64,000 nucleotides of DNA, taken from an uncultured Acidobacteriota bacterium. GTDB taxonomy: Bacteria; Acidobacteriota; Blastocatellia; RBC074. The stretch lies in assembly GCA_963796275.1 (NCBI GenBank), contig CAWCKY010000007.1:928001-992000 (forward strand), given 5' to 3'. The notes below the pieces were generated by a model. It worked only from the letters and a program-made list of their open reading frames with translations. It was not told where the DNA came from and ran no database searches. Position 1 is the first letter of the stretch; each line of letters starts with the position of its first letter. Below, in pieces: positions 59,191 to 64,000 of the stretch. The position numbers and the translations under genes were made by a program.

Positions 59191-59970
59191 CTACAGGTTC
59201 TTCAGCCAAATATTGCGAAATTCTACCTTCATGGGAGGCCCGACGTGCATCTGAAACCCGAGCAATCCGCTCATCGCGCGACCAGCCGCATCGTCATCAA
59301 TCGCTTCAGCCATGAGGTGGCCGTTCAGAATGTGCGTCAGCACATTCCCGCGCGCGATGATGTGAAAATGATTCCAATCGTTGGCCTTGATCAGGCCTTT
59401 CAGTTCATCGCCCCCCAGTTTGGCGATCTGGCTCTTTTTGCTCGGCTGCAGACGTGTCATCTGGCCGCGGAGGGCGAGGAATCCGCGCCCCCGCTCTTCA
59501 TAAAGCTGTCCCGTATAAGTATTCTGAAAATCAATGTCCGCCTGGTAGCCTTTGAGTACCCACTTCCCGACATCTGGAAGCTCGATGCTGCGGTATTGTA
59601 TGCCGCTATTGGTCGAGTTAATGCGATACTCCAGTTTCAGTTCGAAATCCTTGGGTTGACCGGCTCGCCATATGAGAAAGGTATTGGATTTGAGAGGCTT
59701 TTCAGTTGTGCTCTCGCCGACGATCTCGCCGTTTTCGACACGCCAGTAAGCCGTATCTCCATCCCATCCCTCGAGCGATTTCCCATCGAAGATGGCTTCG
59801 AAACCGTTGTGATCATCCAAAGCCAGAGCCTCGATGCCCGGCCCGCGTCCGCCACCACGCGGTGGGCCCTGCGGAGAATTGGGAGTCAGCAAGGAGCGAC
59901 TGGAAACTATCGGAAAAGTCAGAAGCGTTATTGCGAGCAAAGTGGCGATAACCAAGATAGGATTTTTCAT
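59191..59970 (-). CDS. DUF1080 / 3-keto-disaccharide hydrolase family
   Basis: [47 protein letters not shown]. Confidence 0.88.
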   Translation of the reverse strand: MKNPILVIATLLAITLLTFPIVSSRSLLTPNSPQGPPRGGGRGPGIEALALDDHNGFEAIFDGKSLEGWDGDTAYWRVENGEIVGESTTEKPLKSNTFLIWRAGQPKDFELKLEYRINSTNSGIQYRSIELPDVGKWVLKGYQADIDFQNTYTGQLYEERGRGFLALRGQMTRLQPSKKSQIAKLGGDELKGLIKANDWNHFHIIARGNVLTHILNGHLMAEAIDDDAAGRAMSGLLGFQMHVGPPMKVEFRNIWLKNL

Positions 59971-60002
59971 GACATTATTCTCGGAAAATGGTTTATCTGA
60001 AA

Positions 60003-61146
60003 CTATGACCTGACTTGCTCCCACTGGCGAGTCCTGGCTGACTTCAAGACAGCATCGGTTACGTGATCCGTCGCTAAAGCATCCCTGAATGTCGGAGACG
60101 CTGCTTTTCCTGATCCAATAGCTTCCAGGAAATCCGCGAATTGATGGATAAACGTGTGCTCATATCCGATCTGCAAGCCCGGCACCCACCAACGATTCAT
60201 GTATGGATGGTCTCCATCGGTCACATGGACGTTTCTCCATCCGCGCAATTTTCCTTCATCGCGGTGATCGAAGAATTGGATGCGGTGCAGATCGTGCAGG
60301 TCCCAGCTCGCCGAAGCATGCTCACCGTTGATTTCGAGAGTGTAGAGCGCCTTATGACCGCGCGCATAACGCGTAGCTTCGAACGTCGCGAGCGATCCAT
60401 TATCGAACCGGCAGAGAAAAGCGCTGGCATCATCGATCCCGACAGGCTCGACCTTGCCGGTCAAATTATGTTTTCTTTCTTTGATGAAGGTCTCGGTCAT
60501 GGCAACGACCTCCGAGATCGGCCCATTAAGCCACATTGCGGTATCGATGTTATGGGCCAGCAAATCACCGGTGACGCCGCTGCCGGCAACCCCCACATCG
60601 AGACGCCACAGCCCTTCGCCGCCTTGCGGCAATTCCTGCGAGATCGTCCAGTCCTGCAGAAATTTGGCCCGATAATGAAAAATCCTTCCGAAGCGTCCCT
60701 CATCGATCAGGTTTTTCAATAGCACCACAGCCGGCACACGGCGATAGTTGTACCAGACCATGTTGGCAACTTTGGCAGATTCGACCGCCTCCGTCATCGC
60801 AATGGCTTCTGCGGCGCTACGCCCCAACGGCTTTTCACACATAACCATCTTGCCGGCCTGCGCGGCGGCGACGGCTATTTCAGCATGTCGTATCGTTCGG
60901 ACTGGCGATATCTATCAAATCGATATCTTTGCGGTCGATCAGCTTACGCCAATCCGTCTCGATGGATTCATATCCCCAGTTAGCTGCAAAGGATTGCACG
61001 CGTTCGGGATTGCGAGCGCAAACGGCTTTCAACACGGCTTGATAAGGCAGATCGAAATACCGATTCCCCTGCAGGAACGCATTCGAGTGGGTACGCCCCA
61101 TGAATCCATAACCGACTAAACCGACGTTCAGATGTTTTTTGCTCAT
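60003..61146 (-). CDS. Gfo/Idh/MocA oxidoreductase, frameshifted at ~60888
   Basis: [10 protein letters not shown]...SPNDT[a][20 protein letters not shown]; one extra base splits the ORF. Confidence 0.88.
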
Positions 61147-61232
61147 TACTCGCTCTAGTAGTAAGGGAGGATTCACCGCAAAATTAATAGATCGTTGCGG
61201 GGAATGCCTGGCTGTTCGTTTACTATCACGCT

Positions 61233-62288
61233 TCAGTTCCAACCGTGGGCATTTCTCACGGCAATCATCGTATTCAGGATGTTCCGCCACGTTTGCGGAT
61301 CCAACATCACTTCATTGGGGAACATACAGCCATCCCAGTTGATGTGCTGGTACTCTTTTGTAGGTTGGCCGCTCGCATCTCGCATCCACAGCCCGGCCGC
61401 GCGCACAATATCCATCTTGCCGTTCGGATCGTTCGGCAGACAGTGCCGTCCGGTCTTATCGTGTGAACCCGATCCTTTTACCGTGGCATCGTTCTGCGCT
61501 ACGTGAAAATCTTTCACCCACGGGCGGAGCCGGCTCGTCATCTGGCCCAGCGCTTCATAAAGCGTCCCATCATCGGACCAATCGTGGTTTTCCGGGAGAA
61601 TGCGATCAGCCGGCGCGTTGTAACCGAGAGTGAAGAGGAGCGTGTGCGCCATATCAGCCTGCATACCCAGCGTCTGCGGGCGGTCTACCATCTCGAGCAG
61701 TTCGGCCATCCGTTTCCAGCTGTGCATCCCGCCCCAGCAGATTTCGCCCTCCGCCGCAAGCTTCTCGCCATAACTCTCCGCTATATTGCAGGCTTCGCGG
61801 AAAGTGTCGGCTATCAACCTGGTATTTCCTTCCGGATCCGCAGCCCAATCGGCCGGGCTGCACGCCGAATCGATCCGCACTATACCGTAGCGGCGGATGC
61901 CCATCTCGCGGAGCTTCCTGCCGATCGCGCAGGATTTACGAACCTGTGTGAGAAAGCTTTTGCGCTCATCGGTTGATCCCATCGCCGAACCTCCGCCTGT
62001 GGGAGGCCATACCGGTGCGACGAGCGAGCCGATGACCAGGTTTCGCGCCGCAACCTGATCAGCCAGCAGTTTCAAATCGTCATCGGTAGAATCGATGTCC
62101 GTGTGCGGCAAGGAGAGGAAAATGTCTACGCCGTCAAAACGGATGCCGTCCACTTCCGCGGCCGCTGTGAGGTCGAGCATCGTCTCCAATTCGATAAAGG
62201 GTTCAGCACCCGGGCCGCCTTTTCCGACGAGTCCCGGCCAGGTTGCATTATGTAATTTAGGATATGCGTATTTGTTTTCAGTGCTCAT
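61233..62288 (-). CDS. Sugar phosphate isomerase/epimerase (xylose-isomerase-like TIM barrel)
   Basis: [26 protein letters not shown]. Confidence 0.85.
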   Translation of the reverse strand: MSTENKYAYPKLHNATWPGLVGKGGPGAEPFIELETMLDLTAAAEVDGIRFDGVDIFLSLPHTDIDSTDDDLKLLADQVAARNLVIGSLVAPVWPPTGGGSAMGSTDERKSFLTQVRKSCAIGRKLREMGIRRYGIVRIDSACSPADWAADPEGNTRLIADTFREACNIAESYGEKLAAEGEICWGGMHSWKRMAELLEMVDRPQTLGMQADMAHTLLFTLGYNAPADRILPENHDWSDDGTLYEALGQMTSRLRPWVKDFHVAQNDATVKGSGSHDKTGRHCLPNDPNGKMDIVRAAGLWMRDASGQPTKEYQHINWDGCMFPNEVMLDPQTWRNILNTMIAVRNAHGWN

Positions 62289-62367
62289 TGATATGTTCCT
62301 GATAATAGTTTTCAGTTTTTATACTTCAATAAATATCGGCGTCTGATTACTAAAACGGGAATCTTTG

Positions 62368-63120
62368 TCACTTCTCACCCAGGGCCTGGGCGATCGCCTT
62401 TTCCGCGAGTGGAGCCATAACAGCATAGCCGGCAGCATTCGGCAGCACTCCATCACTGGTAAGCTCCCTCTTCAGATTTCGTCCGTCTGCCATGGCCGAA
62501 TAGTAATCGAGATATACTGAGTCGCTCTGCGCTGCATACTCTTTCAACCATCCGTTGATCCCGATAATTTTTCCCTGCGGCCGGAGGGCCGTCTGTTTTG
62601 AAAAGCAGTCGCAGACCGGAGTGAGAGATGACAGGATAACTTTGATACCGTTCGCTTTTGCGAGTTCAACTATCGACATAAAGTTTTCCGCCATCATCCC
62701 CTGTGTGATCGGGCCGGTGACGCTCGCCAGATCGTTTGTGCCCGCCAGGATCACCACCACCTTAGGTTTCAATGCAATCACGTCCTGGCGGAAGCGTACG
62801 AGCAGCTGTGGAGTGGTCTGGCCCTGGATGCCGCGGTTAAAATAAGGCTTTCCCGGAAAGAACTTTGCGTCGCCGCGCCCCCAAAATTCCGTGATCTCGT
62901 CTCCTAAAAATACCACCCTTGCTTCTCCGCTCGCCGGCGAGGGAAGCTCAGTATTCTCGCTGCCGTACCGAATCAAGCCGGCCCAATCGACCAACAAATG
63001 CCTTTGTGCGGCCATCCGCTGTTCTAGCGCTGTGATGGTTGAAGTGCAGTCCGAAGCGGATTGCGAGGAAGTGAAAATAACCCCCAGACCGAGCAGGAGA
63101 TTGATAACCCGTATCTTCAT
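62368..63120 (-). CDS. SGNH/GDSL hydrolase family protein
   Basis: VVFLGDEIT (E in place of the usual catalytic S), NRGIQGQTT, AGTND, DGVLPN (L in place of the usual H). Confidence 0.8.
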   Translation of the reverse strand: MKIRVINLLLGLGVIFTSSQSASDCTSTITALEQRMAAQRHLLVDWAGLIRYGSENTELPSPASGEARVVFLGDEITEFWGRGDAKFFPGKPYFNRGIQGQTTPQLLVRFRQDVIALKPKVVVILAGTNDLASVTGPITQGMMAENFMSIVELAKANGIKVILSSLTPVCDCFSKQTALRPQGKIIGINGWLKEYAAQSDSVYLDYYSAMADGRNLKRELTSDGVLPNAAGYAVMAPLAEKAIAQALGEK

Positions 63121-63121
63121 T

Positions 63122-63634
63122 TTAAAAAGTGATGCGATCCTTCTTCGCCTCGATCTTTGCCGTGTCGACGCCGGGGACCTTTTTTAAATCTTCGATCGAT
63201 TGGAAATCACCGTGTTTTTTGCGGTACTGAATGATCATCGCAGCTTGTGAGCGCTTGAGCGACAATCCGCTCTCGAGGTCGATAGCATCCGCTTTGTTTA
63301 CGTTGATCTTCGGAACGTCATCAGCTGGGAAGTTCTTTACCAGATACTCGATGACTGCATTCAATTCCTCATCGGTGCCTTTCGCGCCAAGGGCCACCAT
63401 CTTGTCCACGGTCCGCTGCCAGCCTACCCGATCCTGATTAACGGAGAAAGACTTTTCCAGCTCGTGGCATCTAGCGCAGATTTTCTGCGTCGCTTCCTTA
63501 CCGGGACCGTCCGGTATAGGCCTACCCTGCCATGCCGCAGAAGGCGTCCACGCCGCGACCGTGAAAAACGTGATGACCGCAAGAAACAGAGCTCTACCTA
63601 AATTTCCTTTGAGAGAAGTAGTAAGTGAATACAT
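63122..63634 (-). CDS. Mono-heme cytochrome c fused to ComEA-type helix-hairpin-helix domain
   Basis: CARCH; KINVNKA...[24 protein letters not shown]. Confidence 0.8.
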   Translation of the reverse strand: MYSLTTSLKGNLGRALFLAVITFFTVAAWTPSAAWQGRPIPDGPGKEATQKICARCHELEKSFSVNQDRVGWQRTVDKMVALGAKGTDEELNAVIEYLVKNFPADDVPKINVNKADAIDLESGLSLKRSQAAMIIQYRKKHGDFQSIEDLKKVPGVDTAKIEAKKDRITF

Positions 63635-63682
63635 AATCTGAGTTACACGTTTGCTTTATATATGCCTGGTGAAAATCTTTCC

Positions 63683-64000
63683 TCAGTGTTCCATGGGAAA
63701 CCCGAAAGCATACAGAGTGCCGTCGTACGTCCCCACATAAAGCTGCCCGCCGCCGCCTGACAACGCACTGCCGCGCACGAATGATGTTATCGTCCTGCCG
63801 CTGCTCCACAACTGTTTACCCGTCATACCGTCCAGGGCGTATAAAACCGCGGGCGTCGACCGCCTCGCGCGCTGTGCCGCTGTTATTTTGCTGTCGTTGG
63901 GACGGAACTCGCCGCTGGAGACCGCGAATACAATACCGTTGATTATCGTCGGAGGCAGAGGCGATGTAAGATCGCGCGATACCCATCCGGGCTGCAACGT
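63683..64000 (-). CDS. PQQ-binding-like beta-propeller protein, 3' part
   Basis: [30 protein letters not shown]. Confidence 0.75.
   Translation of the reverse strand, partial: TLQPGWVSRDLTSPLPPTIINGIVFAVSSGEFRPNDSKITAAQRARRSTPAVLYALDGMTGKQLWSSGRTITSFVRGSALSGGGGQLYVGTYDGTLYAFGFPMEH

Overview
Bacterial window whose gene content (ADOP-type ABC permeases with PadR, fused LptF/G, DUF1080 proteins, ECF/CHAT cassette) suggests an Acidobacteriota, possibly Blastocatellia-like, genome; this taxonomy is inferred. The centrepiece is a ~31 kb minus-strand contractile injection locus (10.7-41.6 kb) resembling a divergent Bacteroidota-type (subtype iii-like) T6SS: tssF, tssB, tssC, hcp/tssD, tssE, vgrG, tssG, tssK, clpV/tssH. 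No TssA, TssJLM or TssNOPQR is recognisable. Unusual parts: (i) a short VgrG plus two stand-alone gp5-like spike-extension genes sharing an N-terminal motif, each heading its own cargo cassette; (ii) a putative M15 peptidase-TM-FHA fusion; (iii) two paralogous membrane Ser/Thr kinases with FGE-like or TPR sensors; (iv) a barnase-like RNase with no adjacent barstar; (v) a PAAR-RHS-nuclease with Imm49-like immunity. Flanks hold ADOP relics, a CHAT-TPR/ECF sigma/anti-sigma/caspase cluster, a C39 peptidase trio, a di-heme CCP/MauG-like trio and sugar-catabolism genes. Several single-base frameshifts suggest assembly indel errors. All calls come from motif recognition by eye; no database searches were run.
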